Positions 1-11,786 of a DNA stretch of 64,000 bases are shown here, in pieces. A program made the translations under genes and the position numbers. The stretch spans positions 76,572,001 to 76,636,000 of the forward strand of contig NC_045696.1 in the NCBI RefSeq assembly GCF_009834535.1, given 5' to 3'. Within the stretch, counting starts at the first letter, position 1; the number at the start of each line of letters is the position of its first letter. This DNA is from Camelus ferus. Its lineage: Eukaryota. Below the pieces are notes generated by a model, which was not told the origin of the DNA, ran no database searches, and saw nothing but the letters and a program-made list of their open reading frames with translations.

Positions 1-1059
1 ACAAGGTAATGACTTGCTTTTCACTTTGAAGGTGCTATCCTGAGTTGCCACGCTCCACTGGCTCCTGGAACTTCACAGTGGTGGCAGGACCCTGTATTTC
101 TTGGGACTTACTTTCTGTCTTCTGGCATCTCTCTCTTTTTAAGGCCTCTAGAGTACTGCTCTTGTTTCCTCACAGGGTCCTGTTGGCTTGAGTTTATCAG
201 TGTAATCAGCCAGCATGATGTTCAGTGGTGTGATCAGATAACTAAGGTCATAAGGAATATGAGGCAGTTTAGCGATATATACGGCTGTCCAGGCCAAATG
301 AAAGCAGCTTGTGCAGAGGGAGGAACCGTTTGCCAGAACTCTAGCTGTTACTCCAGGTACTGCACTAAAGAGATCAAATTTGGATTACCAACTGTGCTTG
401 TAGTAGTACATTTAAAGTACTGTTCTTCTCTAAGTACATTTGTATGTTCTGCATCAGCCAAACAGTTGTATTAAATGAGTATCTGCTAGGAATTCCAGCC
501 CTTGCTGCTTTTGATTCTTGGGTAATTTCCCCCGGGAATGTAATTTTTGGTTAGAGGGAGAGCTCCTTCCCTGATCCAGTACCACCCACTGCTCCACCTG
601 TCCTACCATCCATGTGGGGTGTTGTCAGCTGGTAGTCCGCCGAGACTGCCCTTTTCAGCTGTGCATTCACCTGGAGAAACAGCCGTAAAATGGGAGGGTT
701 GATCCACTCTCTGATAAATGAACTTGGGCTGAAACTTCATATATTATTTGACTACTGTAATCCCTCATTCTGGCACATATATCACAGTGGTGCTGTCTGG
801 ATTCTCAGGGATTAGTTCAAGAGTTAGATTTTGGATTCCTGAAAAGGTTGGGACATTTCTCTTTCCCAAGTGCGTGGTTCCTCTGATAAGTGGCTGTTGA
901 TCTTTTGTGGAAAGCCGAGAGGGAGATCATGGGACCGTTTTGGAGGGCGCTTTGCCTTACCTTCGTTCTAGAGGCTGGAGGTCCAGGATCGTCCAGAGGC
1001 TGTGATTTTCTGTTTTGATGGCCTCTCTTTATGCTCTGCTTCAAGTTCTTTATGTAGAC

Positions 1060-1258
1060 CAGGCATCAGCAGACGTCTTCTGTAGGGGCCACATGTGACA
1101 TATTTTATGCTTTGTGTGCTACACAGCCCCTGAAAAACTACCCAGCATAGCTCCTGCAGTGCTAAAGCATCCATAGACCCAAATAAATGGGTATGTCTGT
1201 GTTTACAAAAGCATCGCAGGTCAAATTTGGACTACAGGTTGTAGTTTCTGTACCTCTG
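1060..1258 (+). mobile_element. hAT-Charlie MITE, MER58A-like
   Basis: Degenerate TIRs caggcatcagcagac...gtttctgtacctctg and a MER58A-like interior (aaagcatccatagac, aatgggtatgtctgtgtt). Confidence 0.7.
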
Positions 1259-1453
1259 GTACAAACCATATAGGATTATAGTGGGACTTCTTTCTAATAG
1301 GATTTTAGGGACTTTGCAAGATTCTCGCAGAGGAATCAGTTTGATGACCACTGTGTTCCTGTTTATTTAACGTTGCTTCTTGGTTCCACTTGATGTTATA
1401 GTATAACAGTCATCGAAATTAGACTGTGCATTTTGATCTTGAAAGATCTAGAG

Positions 1454-1774
1454 CCGAGGTTGGCAAACTACGGCCTGCGGGCCAGATGTGGCCTGCACTT
1501 GTTTTTGTGTGACCCACAGCTAAAATGTTTTTCACATTTTAAAGTAATTGGAAAAAATATCAAAATAATGACAAAATCTCATGACAAGTGAAATTACATG
1601 AAATTCAAATTTTCATATATAGGAATTTATTGGAACACAGCCACATAAATTTATGTGTAGTTTCTGACTACTCTCACTTCACCGCAGCAGAGCTGGGTAG
1701 TTACGACAGATCTTCTGTGGCCTTAAAAAAAATTACTATTTGGCCCTTTATTGAAAAAAGTTTGCTGATCGCTG
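1454..1774. mobile_element. hAT-Charlie MITE, MER58B-like
   Basis: TIRs ccgaggttggcaaact / agtttgctgatcgctg; 8-bp TSD-like atctagag/gtccagag fitting the Charlie NTCTAGAN target. Confidence 0.85.
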
Positions 1775-2465
1775 GTCCAGAGATTGGAGAAGAATTCTTT
1801 TATGTCATACTTAGTACTGCCTTGTTCTTTGTCGGTGCTTTGAAGATGTCACTTTCTCATTTGAACTCTCTAACACTGTTAGAAGCAGTAGCCTGCTGCA
1901 CTGTCCTATAAGTCCGCCTTTGCTCCTCATAGCTTTCTACTGCTGCTTCTGCTTGGTCCCCAAAGCCTTGTTCATTAGAGATGATCAAGGTGGACAGCTC
2001 AGTTTTGTCATAGCCTGAATGAGCTGTCAGAGGCCATCTTACACAGCTGTGTCTACACAGCATTCAAACCCCATCAGGTAACATTCTCAGATTCCTATTA
2101 CCTTGAAGGTTTGCTCACATACTTACCTCACAGAGTGACTGTAGGAATTTAATGCTGTAAGTAGTATTAGCCAGTATTTCACTGAATTTTTTATTCTGTG
2201 TAAGATACTGAGCCAAGCACCTTTTATATGTGAGAAGTAAAGTGCTTAGTTAAGTGCCTGCTACGTAAGTATTCAGTAAGGGTTAGCTGATACTTATTTT
2301 TAAATTTAGAAATAAATTATCCCCCATACTTCATATACTACAAAAAACTTCTCTAGCCATTAAAATATTTAAAATATCACATTAAGTTTAATTGGCATGA
2401 TTGACATTAACAATATTTTTTGCCTATAATATTCCTCCTTTTTTTTTTTAAACTTGTAGGTTAAT

Positions 2466-3093
2466 ATAGTCAGTTCGCATTATTCTTCTTTGTTAAATTT
2501 ATAAAGTTGCTGTGAACATTGAATTAGCAAATATTGAACCATTGCTCCTAGGGGAAGTACGGAGTTAGGTTCCTGTGAGCCTCTGATCGTGACTTTTTTG
2601 TCAATGAATCAATAATAACCTTGTTCTATGTATTTCTGTTTAAAGTCATTTAATATATATTGTTGATTCACTGACATTGCGCTCATGGCCAACAACATTA
2701 AAACTCCTGCGTGAATGAAGCCCATCTACCCCACGTTTTCTCCATAAGGCACATCAAAGCCTTCTTATACTTAGGAACACTAGACAGCTTTTCCACACTG
2801 TGTTTGGGACCATTTTAAGTAGCACGGTAACCAACAAAAAGCATAAAAATACAAAAATGTGGCATTAAATGGACTTCATTTTTTTCTTAAGAGGACATTT
2901 GTTTACAGAATGAGAGGTGAAACAGTAAGACAGTGCTGAGCATGTGCACTGTAGGCAACTCAAAGTTTTTGCTCTTGTACATGTGTGAAGATTGTGGAAG
3001 TGCCACAAGTATTAATTTTGGGGTTGCATATGAATTTTGGCAAAGCAGGCAGATTTCACAAACATGAAATCCATGAATAATGAGGATTGACTA
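2466..3093. mobile_element. TcMar-Tigger non-autonomous element, MER82-like, near full length
   Basis: gaattagcaaatattgaaccattgctcctagggg, cttaggaacactagacagc and terminal gaataatgaggattgact match the recalled MER82 consensus. Confidence 0.85.
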
Positions 3094-3184
3094 TCTCCCC
3101 AGATGTCACAATTTATAATTTTAAATTTTATTTATTTATATTTTAATGTTGAATTTTTTTCACTTTTCAACCTTATGTATCTTT

Positions 3185-3627
3185 TAATTCTGGTAAAATA
3201 TACTTAATAGTTCAGTTATGTTAAGTACATTTCCATGCAGTCAATCTCCAGGACTCTTCATCTTTATACCCATTAAGCAGCAACTCCCTATTTCCCCTTC
3301 CCTCCAGCCCCTGGCAACCACCCTTCTTTCTGTTTCTATGAATTTGATTACACTAGATACCTCTATCAGTGGCGTTATATGGTAGTTGTCTTTGTGACTG
3401 GCTTCTTTCACTTAGCTTAATGTCCTCAACGTTCACCCCTGTTATAGCCTGTATCAGAATTTCCTTCCTTTTTAAGGCTGAATAATATTCTGTTGTATGT
3501 ATATAGACTACATGTTGTGTATCTGTTCATTCATCAGTAGACATTTGGGTTGCTTCCATCTTTTGACTATTATGAATAATGCTGCTATGAACATGGATAT
3601 GCATATATCTTTTCAGACCCTGCTTTT
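3185..3627 (-). mobile_element. Old L1 3' end (L1MB-like)
   Basis: ccctccagcccctggcaaccac, ttttaaggctgaataatattc, gacatttgggttgcttccatcttttgactatt. Confidence 0.88.
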
Positions 3628-3821
3628 TAAAAACAAGTTTACCTTTTATATGTCATGCATACAGATGAAAATGAGTGAACCGACTGAACATAACAGATGT
3701 ATATAAAAAAGTGACAGGTAAAAAGTTCTCAGTCTGACCTCATCCCATTCACTATAGACAAATGAAAAGTATGGTGTGTATTCTTTTCAAATGTGTTTTT
3801 GTGCACAATTAAAGGATGAAA

Positions 3822-3841
3822 GATAGATAGATAGATAGATA
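3822..3841. repeat. (GATA)n microsatellite
   Basis: gatagatagatagatagata read directly. Confidence 0.85.
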
Positions 3842-4201
3842 AAACAATGTGAAAAATACTTAATATGACTATATATAGTTTAGTAGTAATTGGGATCATA
3901 TGTGTACTGTTCTATTGACTTGATAACCTGGTATTTTTACAGAGTAAAGATAAGAGGATTAGAATTTGCAGTACTTAGATCTGTGCCTGCTTTTTCCCTC
4001 TAAGATAATTTTAGAACTCGAAAAGAATTACTAATTGTTTGACTTACTTAGTGTGTAATATTATGAGGATTAAATATATTAATTTCTTATTAAGCCTTTG
4101 CTATTAAACGAGAATCTCCCACTGTCAGTGGTAAGTGTCTCTCTTGTTTTCTTATTCATTGTTTCTAGATTATACTCAGGTGCCACTGTTTCTTCTATCT
4201 T

Positions 4202-4302
4202 CTTTTTTCCCTTTTTTTTTTTTTTTTTTGTAGTGGAGGCACTGGGGATTGAACCCAGGTAAAGCTAAGCAAGCACTTTACCACTGAGCTGTACCCACTC
4301 CC
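4202..4302 (-). mobile_element. tRNA-Ala-derived camelid SINE (short form)
   Basis: ggaggcactggggattgaacccagg...ccactgagctgtaccc head, T-rich tail on +, perfect 16-bp TSD CTGTTTCTTCTATCTT at 4186-4201 and 4303-4318. Confidence 0.92.
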
Positions 4303-4454
4303 CTGTTTCTTCTATCTTACGTTGTGTTTTATTGGGTTCCTTTTTGTTTTGCTGCTATACCTTTTCATTTTTTTTTTTTGGTAGTATAACTTAAGTTCTT
4401 GAATGTCTGAAAATGTCTTTATTTTGACTCTATGGCAAATCTGACTTGTGAGAG

Positions 4455-4600
4455 CAGTGCTTTCTAACCTTTTTCATGTTACAATATGTGTATAGAAAAT
4501 GATAATATTTGTGTGGTGAGTGAAATTGCTTGCAGCAGAGGACTTTGGCTATGCAAGTTACCTGGTAAGCCATTTATTTGTAGCACACATTACTGGTAAA
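4455..4600. mobile_element. Degraded hAT-Charlie-like MITE fragment
   Basis: cagtgctttctaacctttttcatgtt...atagaaaatgataatatttgt resembles a Charlie-family terminus; family not resolved. Confidence 0.45.
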
Positions 4601-6759
4601 GGTCTGCGTTGTAGGAATCTGGCTTCAAAATATTTTTCTTTTAGAATTTGTAGGAGACTGCTCTCTTGTCTTCCAGCATCCTGTATTTTTGATGAGATGA
4701 AAGAGTGACTCTGGCTTCTCTCTAGAAGCTTCCTTGGCACTCTTGCAGTTTTTCTAGCATGATCCTGAATATGAATCTTTTGTTTGTTTTTGTTACGTTG
4801 TATGTCTTTTCATTTTAACAACTGAATCTTTCTTCAGTTCTTGAAAAGTTTAACATGTCCCCTTTTTTGGGTTAATTTTTCTCCATCTCTGTTCTCCACT
4901 TTTGGATATCTTACATTAGTGGGTGTTGGGCCCCTAGATCTTAATTCACAGTTTTTTTTTTCTTACAGTTTCCATCTTTGTGTTTGTGTGGTTTTTAGTT
5001 TAGTTTTGTTTCTTCCTTTACCTTGAAAGGAAGGTAAACTTCCCTTCCCTTTAAGGGAAAATCATTTCAACCTTGTATTACAGATAAGTAATTTGGTGTT
5101 TAGTCACACTCATTTTCCCCCCAATTTCCGTTTTCTCTGATAATGGTTCTGTCTGTTCATCCATCTTGCTCTTCTATGCCATGAGGTTTCCCCAAATGTT
5201 TGGTGGCTCAGAGTTAGTATTGGCAGTTGGAATGTGTCTGCTGCAGTATGTAGTTTTTCTCTACTAGGACTCTTGTCTGGAATGGTGGGTTTGGTATGAT
5301 GGATTCTTTGGATTGGGATTGGGTGTGGCCCAGCAGACCAGACCTCCTTCTAGGGAGGATGGATGAGGAGTGGGTAAAGCGGTGTCCTTCTCACCTGGGG
5401 AACTGTGCTGTCTTTAAGTATGACGGGGAACAGTGCTTTGGTAGATTTCACTGGGTTGGTATTAAGCGATTACTCTCTTCCCCACCTCTTCCTTTCCTTG
5501 CTTTTTCTCTCCTTTTTTTAAATTTCTCTCTTTGTGTTAGAGATTTTGATGTTCCCTCCATCTTTCTGCTTTGCTTTTCTCTCAGGTCTAACTCAGGCAG
5601 AAATCCCTGGTTTATAGAGATCAGCCCCCCAACTTTATCCTGAAGGGAAAAGCTGCCACCATCTGCGTCTCTTCACACAGTGAGAGGAGAGTCATCTGTC
5701 CAGAGTAAGATAATACAGTACCTGATGAAGCCCCCTAATTGTTTTCTCCTCCTGGTAGTTGTGACTAATTTGATTACAACTTGGAACTTCTCTAGGGTGT
5801 CCTTGAAAAGACTTCGATGTCTCACATGTGATTTCATCCTTTTTCCCCCTTTTCTGCTTTCCGTTTGCCCAGACTTCTTCAAAATTTATCATCCAGTGAC
5901 ATCTTTTCTTTTTCTGCAACAGTGCTATCATTTAATTTTAATTTAAATCTTTTCCCTGCCATTTCAGTGGACTTTGGAAAGGAGGAGAGATCCATTTATT
6001 CAGCCCACTACCTTGTGCTGTAATTGACTAATTTGTGACTGATATTTAAAAGGTAGAAAAGTTCTTAAACACATGTCTATCTTAACATGAATGACTGCTT
6101 TTGTGCCTTAGAAGAATTACTGAATTGTCTTTTTCCCCCAGTAACAAAGAACACTTTAATTTTCAGTCCGTGTCATAATGCTCATTGCTGTTCTCCGGGC
6201 ACATGGCCTCCTATAGAGGAAAACATCCATAACCATAGTGACGTTGCTGGTCGTCACCTTCTGAATGCTTTTTTTTTTTTTTTTTTTTTTTTTTGTGTGT
6301 GTATGTATGCTTACACATGTGAGTGAAGTCATCTTTTTAAAGGAGACAATATATATTGGAGAATATTTATCCAATCACTCATGAAAATTGAGTTGTTACC
6401 TCTAGTGAAGCATAGCAAAGCAGGGAAGAATTTTTGAAAATGATTTAGTAAGAGCCTGGGGGAAGAGAATGAAAGATTAGCTAGATCATTTTTGTTCTTT
6501 GCCATCTTACGTGGATGTGCGGTGTAGTTTTACTATATACTTTGCTGGAGAGGGAAAAAATATGTACTTATGTCCCAAATACTACCTTTTCACTTAACAT
6601 CTTGCAAACCCCCCACCCCCTTATTTTTATTTTTTGATTGTGTCTTTAGGGTATGAGGTAAAGGATTTTACTGCCCAAATGTTTTTAAACATCAGGCTTT
6701 TGATGAAAAATTGAGAAGTGTCAGTGCATACAGCTGTAGTAAAGACAGTGCCTCTACCC

Positions 6760-6980
6760 ATGGCTTTCAGAATTTTTTGGTCTGTGGTCCACAGTAAGAC
6801 ATACATTTACATTGCGGCCTTGTATGTGTGTGTAACACTGAAATTAGAGTTTCATGAAGCAGTGTTTGCCCCTCATGTGATGTACTTATATTGTCTATTT
6901 CATTAACAAAAAGAGTACGACCCACCAGCTTTATTTCATGATCTACTGATTGGTTGTGACCTGCAGTTTGAAAACCCCTG
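6760..6980. mobile_element. Degraded hAT MITE (MER112/MER113-like)
   Basis: Terminal gatctactgattggttgtgacctgcagtttgaaaacccctg. Confidence 0.5.
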
Positions 6981-7789
6981 ATTTAGATCGTGGTCTGTTG
7001 GAATGGTGGAAAGATGGAGGGATTTGGATTCAGGTAGACCTAGGTGTTTCTAGCTTAATGGTCTTGAGTAATTCATTTGCAACTGTAAATAGTAATAATA
7101 ATATCTTATTTTGATTGTAAGGATTAGAAATAAAGGCAGAGTACCCAGCAGTGCTAGAACGATGTGGATATTTAATAATTGGGAGATTTTTAAAAATTAT
7201 CTTATTGTATGCCACCTGTCATATTAAGTGGGCACTGGGACGCAAACATTGACATTTTTAGGGAGTTAGGTAACATTATATTAAGAGACATAACTGTCCT
7301 TCAGGGCGAAAAAGACTTTATACTGGAGTATATAAGAGAGATAGTAACCTAAAGGAGCAAGTCAGCATTGGGAACTTACAGGTGTGCATGCTTCCCCCCC
7401 CCCCCCCTTCCCTTTTCCCCCAGGGAACAGGGTCTCTCAAATTAGCTCCAGCTAAATGGGGTTTTTTACTTCAAGGGTACATGAGGGAGGTAAGGAAGAA
7501 CAGGAATCATTTTAAAGCTGCAAAGCTACGTGTTTAAGAGAATTGCAGTACAGTTTTGACCGTAACGGATTATTTTCATTTTATGACTTCATGGATAATT
7601 GGCACATCTTCTAGAATGGAACAATCTTAGGGACTGAACCCTCATGCCTGCCTTCAGTAGCAGTGGTACCAGGCTCCATGCTCAGTATCCTGTCATTATA
7701 ACTCAGTTCTGTCTCCCTCTTAATCAGCTTCTCTGCTGTGCTTTATGATTTCTGCTACAGTGTGACTTCTGCTGACCTCTGTCACACTC

Positions 7790-8190
7790 TTGGTTTCTTG
7801 ACTCCTGGTTTTTTGGTTGTAAGCAACAAATAAAATCGAGATAATTGAAGCAAAAAAGGGAAAAGATATATGATAGTTCATTGAAGCAAAGAAAAACTGA
7901 AGAGTAAAAGATACAGGTCATAGGAATCAATGAGCTGGCTTGGCAGTGGTCAATAGTTGCAATTATTTTCCGATAGAATTTTTCTCGCTTCACATTCAGA
8001 TATCTAGGAGAGAATCTGATTTGCCTAGCAGACTTATGTTTCCATCCTTTGGCCAGGGGAGGAGAAGACACTCTGAAAATCTAACCAAGACTCAGTGCAG
8101 GAGAAGCTGTATAATTTTTTAAAAGCAAAATCAGAGTGCTGTTGCAGAAGGAGACTGGGTGCTGACAGCCAAAACCAGCAAGTATCCAGT
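7790..8190. mobile_element. Old MaLR solo LTR (MLT1 family)
   Basis: ggttgtaagcaacaaa...aagcaaaaaaggg and ggagagaatctgatttgcctagc, aaaatcagagtgctgtt motifs. Confidence 0.55.
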
Positions 8191-9664
8191 ATAGTGTTAC
8201 TGTGTTTGTGGAGGGGTAATATGTATATTTTACTTGAACTCCAGAGAGAAGATATGTCTGGTTTTTAGTCATTGTTCTGGATAGGATATGTTTACTGGGC
8301 ACACATGTGGTTTAAAAAATGAACAGAACTTTGGAGAGGTATGTGATTGGGGCTTAGGACATACATATCTTCAAAGCATGTGATATGAGAGGAGAGAGTA
8401 AGGAAAGATAATGTCATCCCCAGGATTTTGGATTCATGTATTTTAAGCTGTCAAACTATGATCTTACTTACCTTTTAGGAGATTTACTCTGGAGGCATTG
8501 TAAAGGTTGGAGTGAGGGTGAAAGGCTGTTTAAGGAAGAGGCAGCAAGGCCAGTAATAAAGCTGTTGGACTAGTTGAAATGCATGTTTATGAGGTGCTCT
8601 GTGATCTGATTTAAGTTTCTACCATTTGTGCCTTACCACAGTCTAGCCACAATGAACTTTTACTCGAGTCAAACTTGTTCTCACTCAGAGCCTATATACT
8701 TTATTGGAATTCTCACACCTTTGGTTAGCACTTGCTTCAGGATTCCTCCTATCAGTGCCTCAGCTCACATGTCCCTTCCCCCTCTCCTGGCTATCCGTGT
8801 TCTTTAATTCTGTTGCCTCTTTGGTGTTTCACTGTCAGATCATTCTATTTTATTTACTTCATCACAGTTATTAAAGTCTGTTATTTTTTTTAAAAAACAT
8901 GTTCTGCTAATAGTGACAGGCAGGGCTTGATTACTAAAGAGGACACATGGGACCCAAAATGATAGTGCTGAAAAAGGATGCAGTGCGGCAGCTGTGTTGA
9001 AATAGGATGCTACAAGGTGTGTAGTAACATCCCTGTTTTAGAGAAGTGGATTCTGAGGCACAAAAGTCAAGTACTTTGCTAAAGACTGTTCAGAGTAATT
9101 ACTTGGCAGGGGTAGATTTGGACTTAGGTCATTGGGGCTCCAAAACCAGTCCTCATTGTACGATGTAATAGAAGTAGAAGATGGCAGGAACCTTGCTCAC
9201 TAGCACAACCTTTCAGCATATGGTGGGAATATAGATGAAAAAAATGTCAAAGTTCTGCCCTTTACATTGTGCTGATTTCATATGAACCATAACTCCTGGG
9301 GGCTCCTTCTTGTCCATTTCTTTCTTTCTGTTTCCTTTTGTACGTAAGTATTTTGAACTCTCTCATCTGTTTTATTTGTATTCATGTCAGATAGTCAAAT
9401 AAGTATCTTGAAATGGATGTCCCTGATTTGCTTAATTATTTCTCTTTATTATGTTCTCTGAAACTTCCTATTACTATTGTATCACTGACTTTGAAATAAG
9501 CTGCAGTAATTTAATTAATTTCACAGTACATCGAAATCTCAAATATTGTGGCCTTTTCTTTTTAAAACATTTCTAGATACTTCTCCGAGGAGTGGTGAGC
9601 ACTTACTTTAATCTAAGCTCTGATCATCTCTTTATGGGTCCCTATTTTTGCTTCCCTTTCAGGT

Positions 9665-10900
9665 AATTATTTTTAAACTTCATTGTTTTGAACATTTAAA
9701 CATCTCACATGGCTCAAAGTTTAAAACATACAGAAGTATATTCATGGAAAGAAAGTGTTTCCTCATCTGCTCACTACTTGGTTCTCCTCCCTGGAGCAAC
9801 CTGTGTTATCATTTTCTGTGTCCTTCCAGAGATGATGATGTATACAAACAGATATGTAATATGCTTTCTCTCAACGTTTTTTTAATGTTGTACATTATAC
9901 ACAGTTTTGTTTTTATATATATGTGTGCATATAAATAAATATAAAGCAGTATATCCTGGTGATTATGCCTTAATCAGTACTTGAAGAGTTTCTTCATTCT
10001 GTTTGTTTTTCTTTTTTTTTTTTGACCAAATAGTATTTCAGTATCACCAGACTCCTGTTGATGGACAGTAGATTGTTTCATTTCTTTTGTTAATTCTGCA
10101 GTGAATAACTTTGTACACAGGTTTTTCTGCAGATACACAAACACATTTTGAATGATAAATTCCCCACAGTGGGATTTTAGCATCAAAGAATATGTGCATT
10201 TTTTAAGTTTCACTGTCAGATTGTCATCATGGAGGTTGTAGGAATGGACACTCTTGCCAGTATTGTTTAACTGTAACATTACAAAGTGTTACAGCACTTT
10301 TTATCTTTACCAAACTGGTAGATGAAAAGTGCTATCTTGTATTTTTTTTAATGATATGCTTTTTATTGTAAAATACTTAATAATAAAAGGGCACAAAATA
10401 TAGCTGATGAATTTCACAAATTGGACACACACATGTAACCATCACACTGTGGGTCATTGCTCCATCCATACCTAGAAAGATAACCGGTATCCTGACTTAT
10501 ATTATCAATTCATTATTTTCAAACTTGATATAAATCATACAGTATGTGTCCTCATTTATGGCTGTTTTTTGCTCAGCTTTATATCTGAGATTCATCCCGG
10601 TTGTATCAGAGTTCTCAGTGAATTCTTAAATGTAAGGAGACACTTTCATGTTTCAAGCTTTAAATTTTTATTAGCATCTTTTCATGTTTTAGGCTTTAAA
10701 ATTTTTATTTTCTGTAAGCTGTTTACTTCCTGTATTCATGAATAGGGCATCATTTTCTTATGGATCTCTTTATGTATATAAAGTAAGTTAATTCTTTATC
10801 TGGGCTATGAGTTGTAACTATTTTCTTCAGTTAGTCATGCCTTTTGATTTTGCATATGATGATTTCCGCATGAAGATTTATAAAAATTATATAATCGAAT
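9665..10900 (-). mobile_element. Ancient L1ME/L1MC 3' fragments
   Basis: cctgttgatggacag, ctgcagtgaataactttgtacac, tgaatttcacaaattggacacacacatgtaacc. Confidence 0.65.
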
Positions 10901-10969
10901 TAATATTATGGCCATTAAATTTCCCCCATAGTATTTCTTACTTGTTTTCCTCAATAAGCCTACCATCTT

Positions 10970-11641
10970 CTGAACATCACATAACTTTTATTAAACCACA
11001 CCTTAATAAAAATGAAAGTGCAATAAAGAAGTGAGAAGTGGTGACTCTGAAAGTGAAATTTGAATCAAATGTAGAGTTATAGAAGAACAGAATTTGTTAC
11101 TGCCGCTGTTCAGGAGACTCTAGATTTGTAATCAGTGGAATTTAATAAAGGCATATTTATGGGCAAATGAGAAAAGTAGTCATGGTGAAAAGGATGATGT
11201 CCCAGGGGAAGTGATATTGGCAAAAAACTTCACACTAATGGAATTCTTTTGACATTGAAAGTGCAGGGGATAAGATGTTAGACACTAGTCCCAATTTAGA
11301 AAGGATTATGACTATTTCCCAAGGTATATAGAATGCAAAAGATACTCACTCTGTATCTAAGTTATACCATGAGAGGAGACAAGTGATGTTCAAACTAGTA
11401 GATAAGTTATTTACAGAGAAATGAAGCATTTTAGTTCGTAATGGTTCTCATTTCTTACAGTATACTAAATGAGTGTTAGTTTTGCTATAGTTTTATCTTT
11501 TTATACATTTGTAATGGACAGATTTTACTGATTTGACTAATTAAAAGGTCACAGCACAATTTCTCCTGATTCAGGTTACTTTGCTTAGTTTCATCTCACA
11601 TTTTTATGGTCCCACACTATACTATACAAAATGAGGACTGC
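10970..11641. mobile_element. TcMar-Tigger derivative
   Basis: Transposase-remnant-like sequence (gacattgaaagtgc...gatcc/cccaatttagaaagg) ending in the TIR-like aaaatgaggactg. Confidence 0.6.
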
Positions 11642-11786
11642 CGACATATGTTCAAACACTCCCCCCTGCCCCGAAACCCCTTAAATTGACATGCTATGTT
11701 TCAGAAAGTGACCCCTTCTTTGTCTCTTCTGACCTTGGAGTCCATCATAGGTTAAATAGAACTCCAAATAGGCTATGTGTTTCTTT

